Positions 10,601 through 19,700 of a stretch of DNA of 64,000 nucleotides are shown here, piece after piece. The stretch spans positions 65,134 through 129,133 of the forward strand of contig CANQOL010000003.1 in NCBI GenBank assembly GCA_947625475.1, in the 5' to 3' direction. The stretch comes from an uncultured Acetatifactor sp. (GTDB taxonomy: Bacteria > Bacillota > Clostridia > Lachnospirales > Lachnospiraceae). The notes below the pieces were generated by a model. It was not told the DNA's origin. It ran no database searches and saw nothing but the letters and a program-made list of their open reading frames with translations. Numbering within the stretch: position 1 is the first letter of the stretch; the number at the start of each line of letters is the position of its first letter. A program made the position numbers and the translations under genes.

Positions 10601-11756
10601 CGGAAACGACACGGCCTCCGAGCGGAAAATGTATCGAAAATATATGGTGGACGCGGTGGTCTACTGGGCCCGGGAGTATCATCTGGACGGCTTCCGCTTT
10701 GATCTGATGGGGCTGCACGACGCGGAGACCATGGGGGAGATCCGAAGAGCCCTGGACGGTCTGGAGGGCGGCAGGGAGCTCCTGATGTACGGGGAGCCCT
10801 GGAGCGCGGGCCTCTCCGGCTTTGCAAAAGGCGCGGTGCCCGCCCTGCGCAGGAATATCGGACTTCTGGATGAGGGGATCGGCATGTTCTGCGATGCCAC
10901 CCGGGATGCGGTGAAGGGGAGCGTGTTCTGGCGGGAAGAGCCGGGCTATGTGAACACAGGGGACGCCGGGCAGCGGCGCCTGCTGACAGGGCAGATCCGG
11001 CGCAGTGTGCTGGCGTGGACAGGGCAAAAGGAGTTTGGGCTAAATTATGTGCGCAGCGCTCCGGGACCCTGGGAGGCGCTGGAACCCTTTTATCCCCGCT
11101 CTCCCAGACAGATTGTCAGCTATGTGTCGGCTCACGACAACTGGACCCTGTGGGATAAGCTGCGCTTTACGCTGGAGGAAAAGCCTGATTTTGGACAGGA
11201 GGATACCCTGGGGACCGGCCCGGCCGCAGGGGCGGATTCCCGGCTTGGCCGGATTTTGCAGGTCAACCGCATGGCGGCCGGGATCGTGTTCACCTGTCTG
11301 GGCCAGCCATTCCTGCAGGCGGGGGAGGAATTTGCCCGCACCAAGAAGGGGGAGGGGAACAGCTACAATCTCTCCCCGGAGCTCAACCGCCTGGACTGGG
11401 GCAGGAGGGTCCGCATGGAGGATCTGGTGAGTTATTACAGAGACCTGATCGCCTGGCGCAGGGAGAAGGAAATCTACGGGGAGAGGATGGAGGCGGGACC
11501 GTCGGCCATACGGTTTTTGGGCAAGGAGGAATCCCTGGAGGAACCGCTGGTGGGCTTTGCCTTCGAGGGCACGGTGGTCTATTATAATCCCCTGTGGCAG
11601 GAGCGGAGAGTGGGGCTGCCCGGGGGCGAGTACGCCCTGCGCTCCGACGGCGCCCGGTTCTGGAGGCCGGGGGAGGGCCCCCGCGCCTGGGGCGGCCCCG
11701 GCGGGGCGGGCGTCCTCCTGGCGCCCAAGAGCGTGACCATATGGGAGAAGTGCTGA
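7647..11756 (+). CDS. Fusion protein of 1369 aa. The N-terminal half is glycogen-debranching amylo-alpha-1,6-glucosidase (GDE_N/GDE_C, GH133-like). The C-terminal half is a type-I pullulanase (GH13_14).
   Basis: The N-half carries GFPFFEDWGRDTMIALPG and an (alpha/alpha)6-barrel GDE_C signature. The C-half carries YELHIKDFS, YVQLLPFYDF, NWGYDPVNY, VVMDVVFNHT, GFRFDLMGLHD, YGEPW and SAHDN. There is no signal peptide, so it is cytoplasmic. Confidence 0.65.
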   Translation: MDFCFGKTDWNDIGRGQERCFLLTNGLGGYSSLSLVGSCDRRDQALLMAALVSPNVRWNLIANVAERLVFPDASLELWSQEYLAGGERRCHRGYLFLNAFQYDICPTWTYQARGVEVRKTLLLAPGENTAALRYQVYKKCGGPVTLTATPLLLFACKGREPEPGQRYELEEGAIVSRGVRLFCRTNGRLEPEPLHLTEELFYEKDFRDGRQYLGRCAVNHHISFEIKGEEQEFYLIYSLEAGRGSFEELLERTREREEELSRRIPVKDEVGRRLVRSACGYISRRDSTGGKTLLAGFPFFEDWGRDTMIALPGCALAAGRYEDAADILRTFMRYCRRGLMPNLFPEGGGAAFYNTADASLLFVQALYEYYHASGDAPLAREALPVIDEIIRRYREGTDYHIRMDEDGLIRAGEGLEQLTWMDVRWKDILPTPRHGKPVEINACWYNALCIADELRESLLGQRACYGPLREQVKKSFLEKFWMETPGYLRDVVSQGEDNLRELEKYRRFEGRECAGIRKGKKGRLVPDEQIRPNQIWALSLPYSMLDGEKARRVLDVVYEKLYTPLGLRTLDPEDEDYHPFYGGDQMQRDMAYHQGTVWPYLLGEYYLAFLRWAPDKRRATERVRRELEPMEACLREGCLGHIAEVYDGEKPNVSKGCFAQAWSVGELARVYAGLERLEREVQAGMTDLEKKLLFESAEFEKNYTYEGDDLGAVRSPEGTVFKVWAPTASQVWVNLYRTGGEESGDSLGVFPMERGSRGVWEYRFPRDLKGVYYTYSVSAEGEVRETGDLYARACGVNGRRSMVVDLAATDPKGWEKDRAVGRRREAGAVYELHIKDFSHDPCCGVPMPFRGKYLAFTCENTCLEGHSTCLAYLKELGIRYVQLLPFYDFGSVEEGEGGEDAFNWGYDPVNYMVPEGSYATDPFHGEVRIREVKSMIAALHRAGIGVVMDVVFNHTYSQDSWFQRTVPGYYYRTDARGHLTNGSACGNDTASERKMYRKYMVDAVVYWAREYHLDGFRFDLMGLHDAETMGEIRRALDGLEGGRELLMYGEPWSAGLSGFAKGAVPALRRNIGLLDEGIGMFCDATRDAVKGSVFWREEPGYVNTGDAGQRRLLTGQIRRSVLAWTGQKEFGLNYVRSAPGPWEALEPFYPRSPRQIVSYVSAHDNWTLWDKLRFTLEEKPDFGQEDTLGTGPAAGADSRLGRILQVNRMAAGIVFTCLGQPFLQAGEEFARTKKGEGNSYNLSPELNRLDWGRRVRMEDLVSYYRDLIAWRREKEIYGERMEAGPSAIRFLGKEESLEEPLVGFAFEGTVVYYNPLWQERRVGLPGGEYALRSDGARFWRPGEGPRAWGGPGGAGVLLAPKSVTIWEKC

Positions 11757-11857
11757 GCGTCCCGATTCTAAGGGAGAGGCTGCAAAAAGGAGTTTCCCGA
11801 CGGACCCAGATATGATATGATGTGTCTATATCAATTTGACTGTAAGGAGGATCCCCC

Positions 11858-14800
11858 ATGCAGAGCGAGATGCAGCTGAAAAACCTGTTTTTAAGGCAGA
11901 GTTATATGGATTCCTGGCAGGAGTATGTCCGGTGGCTGGAGAGAGGCGGCGGCTGGGACTATGTGCTGCTGACCGCCTCCAGCGAGACCCAGGCCCAGGG
12001 CTACCGGCAGCAGATCGCTTACCGGCTGGAGCTGGGATACCTGTCCCGGGACTGCGTATATGAGGTGCTGCCGGATCCGGAGGGCCGCCGGGTGGGCTCC
12101 GGGGGAGCCACCCTCCATGTGCTCCGCTTCCTGGCCGATCAGTGGCCGGAGGGCTTTGAGGAAGGCATCCGGGGCAAGCGGATTCTGGTGATCCACTCCG
12201 GCGGAGACAGCCGGCGGGTGCCCCAGTACAGCGTCTGCGGCAAGCTGTTTTCCCCGGTGCCCAGACAGCTTCCCGACGGACGCCCCTCCACCCTTTTTGA
12301 CGAATTTATGATCTCCCTGTCGGCGGCTGCGGGCCGGTTCGAGGAAGGAATGCTGGTGCTGTCGGGGGATGTGCTTTTGCTGTTCAATCCCCTGCAGCTG
12401 GATTTCCAGTATCGGGGCGCCGCGGCCATCTCCATCAAGGCGGGTGTGGATGTGGGAAAGGACCACGGGGTTTATCTGGGGGACGGAGCCGGCTGTGTAA
12501 AGCGGTTCCTCCACAAGCATTCCCCACAGCAGCTGAGGGCCGTGGGAGCCGTGAACGGCAGCGGCAATGTGGATCTGGACACGGGCGCGGTGCTGCTGGA
12601 CGCGTCTCTTCTGGGCGCTCTCTATTCTCTGATCTCCACCGGTGGGAAAACGGATGAAGAGAAATACGCCCGTTTTGTCAACGATCGGGCCAGACTGAGC
12701 TTTTACGGAGACTTTCTCTATCCCCTGGCCGGGGCCTCCACCCTGGAGGAATATGAGAGGGAGGCCCCGGAGGGTGAGCTGTGCCCGGAGCTTCTCTCCT
12801 GCCGCCGGCAGATATGGGAGGCCATCTCATCCTTTTCTCTGAAGCTGATCTGCCTTTCTCCCGCCCAGTTTATCCATTTCGGCACCACCGGGGAGCTGCT
12901 CTCTCTGATGACGGAGCAGCTGGAGGATTACGGCTTTCTGGACTGGAGCGGAAGCGTGGGCTCCAGCGGGGGCGGGGGAGACTACAGTGCCTATAACAGC
13001 ATTGTGGAGCCCGGCGTCCGGGTGGGGAAGGGAAGCTACCTGGAAAACAGTATCCTGAAGGGGGAGGCCCGGGTGGGAGAGGGCTCCATTCTCTCCGGCG
13101 TGGAGGCTGGGAGGGGAGAGTTCCCGGAGGGAGTCGTCCTGCACGGACTCGCTTTGGAGGACGGGAGATTTGTGACCCGGATTTACGGGGTGCGGGACAA
13201 TCCCAAGGCCGGATTTGGGCAGAGGGCCGGCTGGCTGGGGGGCACCCTGGAAGAGGTGATGGCCTTTTACGGGATCGGTGAGGAAGAGCTCTGGGAGGGG
13301 GAGGACCGGTCCCTTTGGAGCGCCAGACTGTATCCGCCCTGCGCCCGGCAGGAAGAGTCTCTGGAGAGCGCGCTGCAGGTATATCGGATCTTCCGGCTCC
13401 GGGAGCCTGCCCCGGGGGTAAGGAGCTGGCTTTCGGGAGAGCGGCTCAGCCTGCAGAGCAGCTTTGAGCGGGCGGACGTGCCCTCTTTGCTGCCCCGCAG
13501 CCGCAGCCTGCGCCGGCGGATCCGGGCCGCAAGGTTTTGGGAGGCCCTGGCCGCCAGGGAGAGCTATGAGCGGGCGGCGGCCGCCTTTTCCGACGAGCCC
13601 CTGGATCAGGAGCAGTTTCAGGCGCTTTTGGAGAGAGCTGAGGGGGCGCCTCTTGACTGCCGGATCAGGCTGTACTATTTCCTGGCCCGGTATCTGCGGG
13701 AGCAAAAGCCCGCGCTGGCCGGCCCGGAGGCCCGGGAGCTGGAGGCGCTGTGCTTTGAGACTCTGGGAAAGAGTCTCTGCCGGGAGAGCCTCGCGGAGAG
13801 GGAGGACCCCCTGCGGATCTGCCGGGAGGAATGCCGGGTGGAGCTGCCGGTGCGGGTCAACTGGGGCGGCGGCTGGACGGATACGCCTCCCTACTGTGTG
13901 GAGAACGGGGGCGTGGTGCTGAATGCGGCCATCCGGGTGCGGGGGATCGATCCGGTGCAGGTGTGCGTGAGAAGGCTGGAGCAGCCGGTGGCGGAGTTTG
14001 CCAGCGAGGATGTGGGCGTGTCGGGCCGGTTTACCCGCGCGGAGGAAATCCTGGACTGCAAAAACCCCTATGATCACTTTGCTCTGCACAAGGCGGCCCT
14101 GATCGCCTGCGGCGTGGTGGGAGAGGGAATGGGGGATCTGCAGGAGAGACTCCGGGGGATGGGGGGAGGCATTTACCTTTCCACCAAGGTGGCGGGCATC
14201 CCCAAGGGATCGGGCCTTGGCACCAGCAGCATTCTGGCGGGTGCCTGTATCCGGGCGCTGTATCGGTTCTTCGGCCGGGAGCTCACCCAGGAGAGGCTGT
14301 TTGAGCTGGTGCTTTGTATGGAGCAGATTATGAGCACCGGCGGAGGCTGGCAGGATCAGGTGGGAGGCCTGGTGCCGGGGGTGAAGCTGATCCGCACCAG
14401 GCCGGGCCTGCGGCAGGCCATAGAGCTGGAGCCTGTGCGGATCCCCGGGGAGGCCATGAGGGAGCTTCAGGAGCGCTTCGCCCTGATCTACACCGGCCAG
14501 AGGCGTCTGGCCCGGAACCTTCTGCGGGATGTGGTGGGAAGCTACCTGTGCGGAAGAAGGGAGACGCTGGAGGCCCTCTCCGGTATGGAGCGGCTGGCGG
14601 TGCTGATGAAGTTTGAGCTGGAGAAGGGGGATATCGACGCTTTCGCGGAGCTTTTAAACGCCCACTGGGAGCTGTCGCTGAAGCTGGACGGCGGCGCCTC
14701 CAACACCTGCATCGATCAGATTTTTAGAGCCTGCGAGGATCTCATTGACGGCAGGTTTATCGCCGGGGCGGGAGGCGGAGGCTTCCTGCAGGTGATCCTA

Positions 14801-14893
14801 AAGAAGGGAGTCACGCACCGGCAGCTGGACGAAAGACTCTACTGGGTCTTTCAGGACTGCGGCGTGGGCGTCTGGGAGTGTGAGTTTGTCTAA
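11858..14893 (+). CDS. Bifunctional L-fucokinase / fucose-1-phosphate guanylyltransferase (FKP-like, 1011 aa).
   Basis: The N-terminal fucose-1-P guanylyltransferase (Fucokinase family) motif GSGGATLHVL is present. The C-terminal GHMP-kinase glycine-rich motif PKGSGLGTSSILAGA is present. A strong RBS AAGGAGG precedes the start. Confidence 0.55.
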   Translation: MQSEMQLKNLFLRQSYMDSWQEYVRWLERGGGWDYVLLTASSETQAQGYRQQIAYRLELGYLSRDCVYEVLPDPEGRRVGSGGATLHVLRFLADQWPEGFEEGIRGKRILVIHSGGDSRRVPQYSVCGKLFSPVPRQLPDGRPSTLFDEFMISLSAAAGRFEEGMLVLSGDVLLLFNPLQLDFQYRGAAAISIKAGVDVGKDHGVYLGDGAGCVKRFLHKHSPQQLRAVGAVNGSGNVDLDTGAVLLDASLLGALYSLISTGGKTDEEKYARFVNDRARLSFYGDFLYPLAGASTLEEYEREAPEGELCPELLSCRRQIWEAISSFSLKLICLSPAQFIHFGTTGELLSLMTEQLEDYGFLDWSGSVGSSGGGGDYSAYNSIVEPGVRVGKGSYLENSILKGEARVGEGSILSGVEAGRGEFPEGVVLHGLALEDGRFVTRIYGVRDNPKAGFGQRAGWLGGTLEEVMAFYGIGEEELWEGEDRSLWSARLYPPCARQEESLESALQVYRIFRLREPAPGVRSWLSGERLSLQSSFERADVPSLLPRSRSLRRRIRAARFWEALAARESYERAAAAFSDEPLDQEQFQALLERAEGAPLDCRIRLYYFLARYLREQKPALAGPEARELEALCFETLGKSLCRESLAEREDPLRICREECRVELPVRVNWGGGWTDTPPYCVENGGVVLNAAIRVRGIDPVQVCVRRLEQPVAEFASEDVGVSGRFTRAEEILDCKNPYDHFALHKAALIACGVVGEGMGDLQERLRGMGGGIYLSTKVAGIPKGSGLGTSSILAGACIRALYRFFGRELTQERLFELVLCMEQIMSTGGGWQDQVGGLVPGVKLIRTRPGLRQAIELEPVRIPGEAMRELQERFALIYTGQRRLARNLLRDVVGSYLCGRRETLEALSGMERLAVLMKFELEKGDIDAFAELLNAHWELSLKLDGGASNTCIDQIFRACEDLIDGRFIAGAGGGGFLQVILKKGVTHRQLDERLYWVFQDCGVGVWECEFV

Positions 14894-14905
14894 AAGGGAG
14901 AGCCC

Positions 14906-16276
14906 TCAGGGCGTTTCCTCTGCCCTTTGGATCTGATACCGTCTGGACGGGCGCAGGATGGCTGTCACCAGGACGGTCACTGCCGCCGTCACCCCCAGGC
15001 TGATGGGATACACCTGCATAATGGTGGAAAAGGAGGGGTATCTCTTAAAAACAGTGAACATCCACCCCAGCCGGACGCCGCATATGCCCAGGACCGAGCA
15101 GAGGGCGGGCACCGAGGAAATACCGAAGCCCCGCAGATATCCGGAAAAGATTTCCTGGGCGAAGCTGAAGGCGTAGGCGAGAAAAATATATTCCAGACGG
15201 ATATAGCCGATTTCGATCACCTCAGGATCGCTGTTGAAGACGGACAGCAGCGTCCTCCCGGACAGCAGGATCAGCAGGCAGACGGCGGCCGTGGCGAGGA
15301 AGCTCTGTATGAGAGACAGCTTCAGGGTGCGCCGGCAGCGGTCATTTTTGCCGGCCCCGTAGTTCTGCCCCACAAAGGTAGTGCATGCCTGCCCAAAGGA
15401 GTTCATCACATAGTAGGAGAAGATCTCCAGATTATAGGCCGCCGAGGAAGCCGCCATGACGGTGGTGCCCAGGCTGTTGACCGATGTCTGGATCACAATG
15501 TTGGCCAGAGAGAAGATGGCGCTCTGCACGCCCGCCGGGATCCCGATCCGCAGGACCCGCCAAAGGGTTTTCCCGTCTATCCCCAGCTGCCTTGGGTACA
15601 CCTTCACCGTCAGGGTCCCCCTGGTGAGGCAGACAAAGAGAATCACCGCGCTGATCAGATTGGAGATCACCGTGGCGGCCGCCACGCCGTCCACGTCCAT
15701 GTGCAGTCCCATGACGAAAAACAGATTCAGGATCACATTGAGGATGCCGGAGACCGCAAGGGCGATCAGAGGGATCCTTGTGTTGCCGCAGCTCCGGAAG
15801 ATGGCGGATTCAAAGTTATACAGAAGGATGACGGGCATGCCGAGGAAATAGATCCGAAGGTATTTGACCGCCATGTCGAACACTTCGGGAGGTACGTCCA
15901 GGAGCTTCACCACGTATCCCGCGATCCACTCGCCCAGCAGAGTCATCGCAACGCCGCCCAGAAGCGCGAAGATAATAGAGGTATGTACCGCCTTTGAGGT
16001 GGTTTTGCCGTCCCGCCGTCCGATGGAGTTGGCGATGACCACATTGCTGCCCAGGGCGATCCCCACGAAGAGATTGACCAGCAGCCCGATGACGGGAGCG
16101 TTCCCGCCTACCGCCGCCATGGCTGACTTTCCGAATTCCCCGGGCAGCTGGCCCACCACCGCCAGATCCGCGGCGTTGAACAGCTGCTGCAGAATACCCG
16201 TTGCGGCAAGAGGGGCCGCGTATTGGAGGATCTTTGCCCCGATGGGGCCGTCCGTGATTTCAATCTGTTTTGACAT
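14906..16276 (-). CDS. MATE family efflux transporter.
   Basis: 457 aa with 12 predicted TM segments. The N-terminus shows the MATE-typical pattern (...ILQYAAPLAATGILQQLFNAADLAVVGQL...). Start chosen at MSKQ with the RBS AAGGAGAG. Confidence 0.7.
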   Translation of the reverse strand: MSKQIEITDGPIGAKILQYAAPLAATGILQQLFNAADLAVVGQLPGEFGKSAMAAVGGNAPVIGLLVNLFVGIALGSNVVIANSIGRRDGKTTSKAVHTSIIFALLGGVAMTLLGEWIAGYVVKLLDVPPEVFDMAVKYLRIYFLGMPVILLYNFESAIFRSCGNTRIPLIALAVSGILNVILNLFFVMGLHMDVDGVAAATVISNLISAVILFVCLTRGTLTVKVYPRQLGIDGKTLWRVLRIGIPAGVQSAIFSLANIVIQTSVNSLGTTVMAASSAAYNLEIFSYYVMNSFGQACTTFVGQNYGAGKNDRCRRTLKLSLIQSFLATAAVCLLILLSGRTLLSVFNSDPEVIEIGYIRLEYIFLAYAFSFAQEIFSGYLRGFGISSVPALCSVLGICGVRLGWMFTVFKRYPSFSTIMQVYPISLGVTAAVTVLVTAILRPSRRYQIQRAEETP

Positions 16277-16373
16277 GGCTGTATCCACTCTCCTTTTGGC
16301 AGCCTGATTGCTGCCGTACAGAGAATAAAATAGCACACTCTTTGGAAAAAGACAAGATTCATAAATTGCCCGC

Positions 16374-16402
16374 TTGACAGGGGGCATATTTTTGGCTATA
16401 AT
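16374..16402 (+). promoter_or_regulatory. Sigma-A-type promoter (TTGACA, 17 nt spacer, TATAAT) reading toward the adhesin gene.
   Basis: Exact consensus -35 at 16374-16379 and -10 at 16397-16402 with a 17-nt spacer. Confidence 0.5.
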
Positions 16403-16434
16403 CAGTTCACACAGGTCAGTGATGTGAAGATCTG

Positions 16435-16488
16435 CCTGTTCCCGCAAATCGGCGGGAAACAGGATCTTCGGCGTTTCGCCGGTATTTT
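16435..16488 (+). promoter_or_regulatory. Leader RNA hairpins (possible attenuator or riboswitch expression platform) in the ~350-nt 5' UTR of the adhesin gene.
   Basis: An 11-bp stem CCTGTTCCCGC/GCGGGAAACAGG is followed by a second short GC hairpin (CGGCG-TTTC-GCCGG) and a U-tract (TATTTT). Confidence 0.3.
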
Positions 16489-16751
16489 CACAGCAAGGAT
16501 AGGTTTAGAGAGCTTTAGAGAAAATTTTTGTGTATGTTTTTGCCGGAAGGCACAGTCTGGCGCACAACCTCGAAGGAGGTATCTTTTTCTTTTTTCCAGG
16601 GCGGATCTTTTCATCTCTGACAAACAGGCGGGGGATTTTTGGCCCGCGCCGGAAAGGAGCGTGACAGATGATGAGGATGCGGTAGGGCCGGCCCGGCAGG
16701 TTTTTCGAGAGGGAGGAAACGAAAACTGGAAAAGAAGAAGGAGGAAGAAAG

Positions 16752-19700
16752 ATGAAGATCAGACAAAGGATTGCGGCCCTGTTGTCGGCGATAACAGTGC
16801 TGACTGCGGTCTGGCAGCCTCTTGCCGTCTATGGGGCGGGGGAGACGGGACCGGGGCAGAGACAGGAGGCCGCCTGGGAGGATAACCGGGGGGAGAGCGT
16901 CTCAGGAGGGGATGTGTCCCCGGGAGAGCGTCCGTCCTGGGAGGACAGCCCGTGGGAGAGCGCCTCAGGAGGGGATGTGTCCCCGGGAGAGCGTCCGTCC
17001 TGGGAGGACAGCCTGTGGGAGAGCGCCTCAGGTGGGGATGTGTCCCCGGGAGAGCGTCCGGCCTGGCAGGATAACCCGGGGGAGAGCGTCCCGGGAGGGG
17101 ATGTGTCCGGCAGCGACGGCCGGGAGAACGGCGGGCTGCCGCCGGGACTGACCTGGGGAGGACCCGCCTGGGAGCTGGAAGCGAAAGGGGATGTGAGCGG
17201 CTCGGATGTGCCGGAGGATGCGTATCGCCCGGACACCGGCAGCTTCCTGTCCTTTATGGAGATGCCGGATGAGTATGGCATCGCGGCCATCGCGGCGGAT
17301 AAGGGGAACCTGTACGTGGGACAGAGCATTCCCTATCCGGCGGACCTGCAGTCCAATTATACCACCCACTACTACCGGATCGGAAACCGGGTGGCATACT
17401 GTATGCAGCCTTCCCAGAAGGCGCCCTCCAGCCAGGAGGTGGATATGAACTCCGTGTACAACGAGGGTGTGGTGAAGGCCCTCTATTACGGCTGGAATGA
17501 GGACGGCCCGGGGGAGAACGACAAGATGCGGAGCTTTTTGATCGCCAACGGGATCAATCTGAACGCCATGGGGGACAACGGGGCCGCCACCATGTATGTA
17601 TACACGCATATTGCGGTGGCCTACTATTATAACGGAGGGAACGCCCAGGAGGCGTTTCACGGCGTGAAAAACTGGGAAAACTCTGTGGCCTACAAGTGGA
17701 TCCAGTATCTGATCACCCTGCCGGATCCCCTGTACTCTGACGGGGACAATGTGGGGACGGACCGGAGCTTTTTCTGGCTGGCCCCTCAGATCCGGGGAGA
17801 GACCGTCCGCTATATCAGCACCCAGACCTTCCGGTTTACGGGGAGGCTGCACCTGACCTTCCCCGCCGGGATCTCCTACGGCTCCTTTACCTTTATGGGA
17901 AAATACTGGGAGGATTACACGGAGTTTTCCTCCGATGGGGCGACCGCCTATAATCTGGTCCTGGATGAGCGCTCCTTCCCGAACACCCATGGGACGCGCC
18001 CTCGGGCGTCGGGGGGAGAACACGCCAGCATTGTGGGGCAGAGGACGGACCATGCCTACGCGCTGTATTACGTGGCCTTTGACGACGGATCCCAGGATAT
18101 CGGCTGCCTGCTGGAGGTGGAGAACCGTTACAGCAGCGGCAGCGTGCCTCTGAAATGGGATCATGTGGGGATTGAACTGAGCTTTCGGAAGGTGGGGAAA
18201 AATTCCGGCCGCCCCCTGGCGGGAGCCCAGTACACCCTCTACTACGATAAGGAGTGCACAAGGCCCCTGATCGCCTACCAGTGGAGAGACGGGGAGCCGC
18301 CCTCCGCCTACGCCGGCATGCTGGAGTGGGGCGGGGACTGGAGGTATCATATCTCCACAGTTACGGACGAGGACGGCATAGGACGCTTCGACTTTGAAAC
18401 CATGGGGATTCCCACTGTGCTCTACACCATGGAGCTGGAGAACGAGCACCCGGATTTTGTCGTTTACATGAAGGAGACAAGGGCTCCGGCAGGCTGCGGC
18501 CTGGACGAGACGGTCTATCCGATCGACCTGAAACAATATTTTACAGGAGGCGGCGGGGAGAGCGGCAGGAAGGGCGCCACAGACTACAAGACCTGGAACC
18601 TGGGCACCTTTGAGGATGAGGACGGCGTCACCCTGCGTCTGCGCAAGCTGGACGGAGCCCGTCAGACGCCTCTCGCCGGAGCGGTTTACGGAGTATTTAA
18701 GGACGAGAGCTGCACCGGGCAGATCGGCACCTTCCCGGCCACCGGGGCGGACGGCAGCGCAGAGCTGCTGCTGGAGGGCGGATACAGTCAGGTCTGGATC
18801 AGGGAGCTGGAGGCCCCCAAGGGCTACGCGCTGGATCCCGCCGTCTATTCCTGGAGTCCGCAGACGAGCACCCTGGAGCTTAAGGATGAGCCCCAGAAGG
18901 GAACCATTGTCGTGTACAAGGAGGGCCTGGGACTTTCCGGCGCGGTTCGGGACGAGAAGGGGATCCAGTTCCGGTATGCTTCCCAGAGGCTGGCGGGAGC
19001 GGTCTTTGAGCTCCGGGCCGCGGAGGATATCTATGATGTGTACGGAGTGTGTCAGTACCGGCAGGGAGATCTGGCCGCTGTCCTCACCACCGATGAGACG
19101 GGGACGGCCAGGGCAAGGGATCTGTATCCGGGCGCTTATCTGGTGACGGAGACCAAGGCCCCCGCCGGGTACGAGAAGGCGCCGAAGGCAGAGAGGGTCC
19201 TGCTCACAGGCGACGGAAGCGTTCAGAGTGTGGAAAAGAGCGCCGCCTTCACGGACCTCAGAAGAACCACCTCCGTGAGAGTCGTCAAGAGAGACGCCGA
19301 GACGGATCAGCCTCTTGGGGGCGCGGTAATCGGCCTGTACGCGGCGGCCCCCATACAGGCCGGCGGGCAGACGCTTGTGTCAAAGGATGAGCTGATCGAG
19401 AGGATAGTTACCGGGGACGACGGGAAGGCTGTCTTCACCGCGGACCTGCCCGTGCAGTTTTCCTATTACCTAAAGGAGATCACGGCCCCCGCCGGGTATC
19501 TGCTGAACGGGGAAAGCTTTCCGGTCAGCCCCATGGAGGGGGATGAGACGGTCTCCATCCTCTCCGTGGCGGTCTCGGACCGGGAGCAGTACGGAAGGAT
19601 CACTCTCTACAAGGAGGGAGAGATGCTTGCCGGCTGGAACGGCAGCCAGTTTGTCTATGAGAGAGGAAGACTTGCGGGAGTCGTCTTCCAGCTCAGCGCC

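Noticed and set aside
16435-16488. Assigning the adhesin leader to a specific riboswitch class (c-di-GMP-I or -II)
   Set aside because: I could not match the class-defining conserved nucleotides by eye. It is kept only as a generic structured leader.
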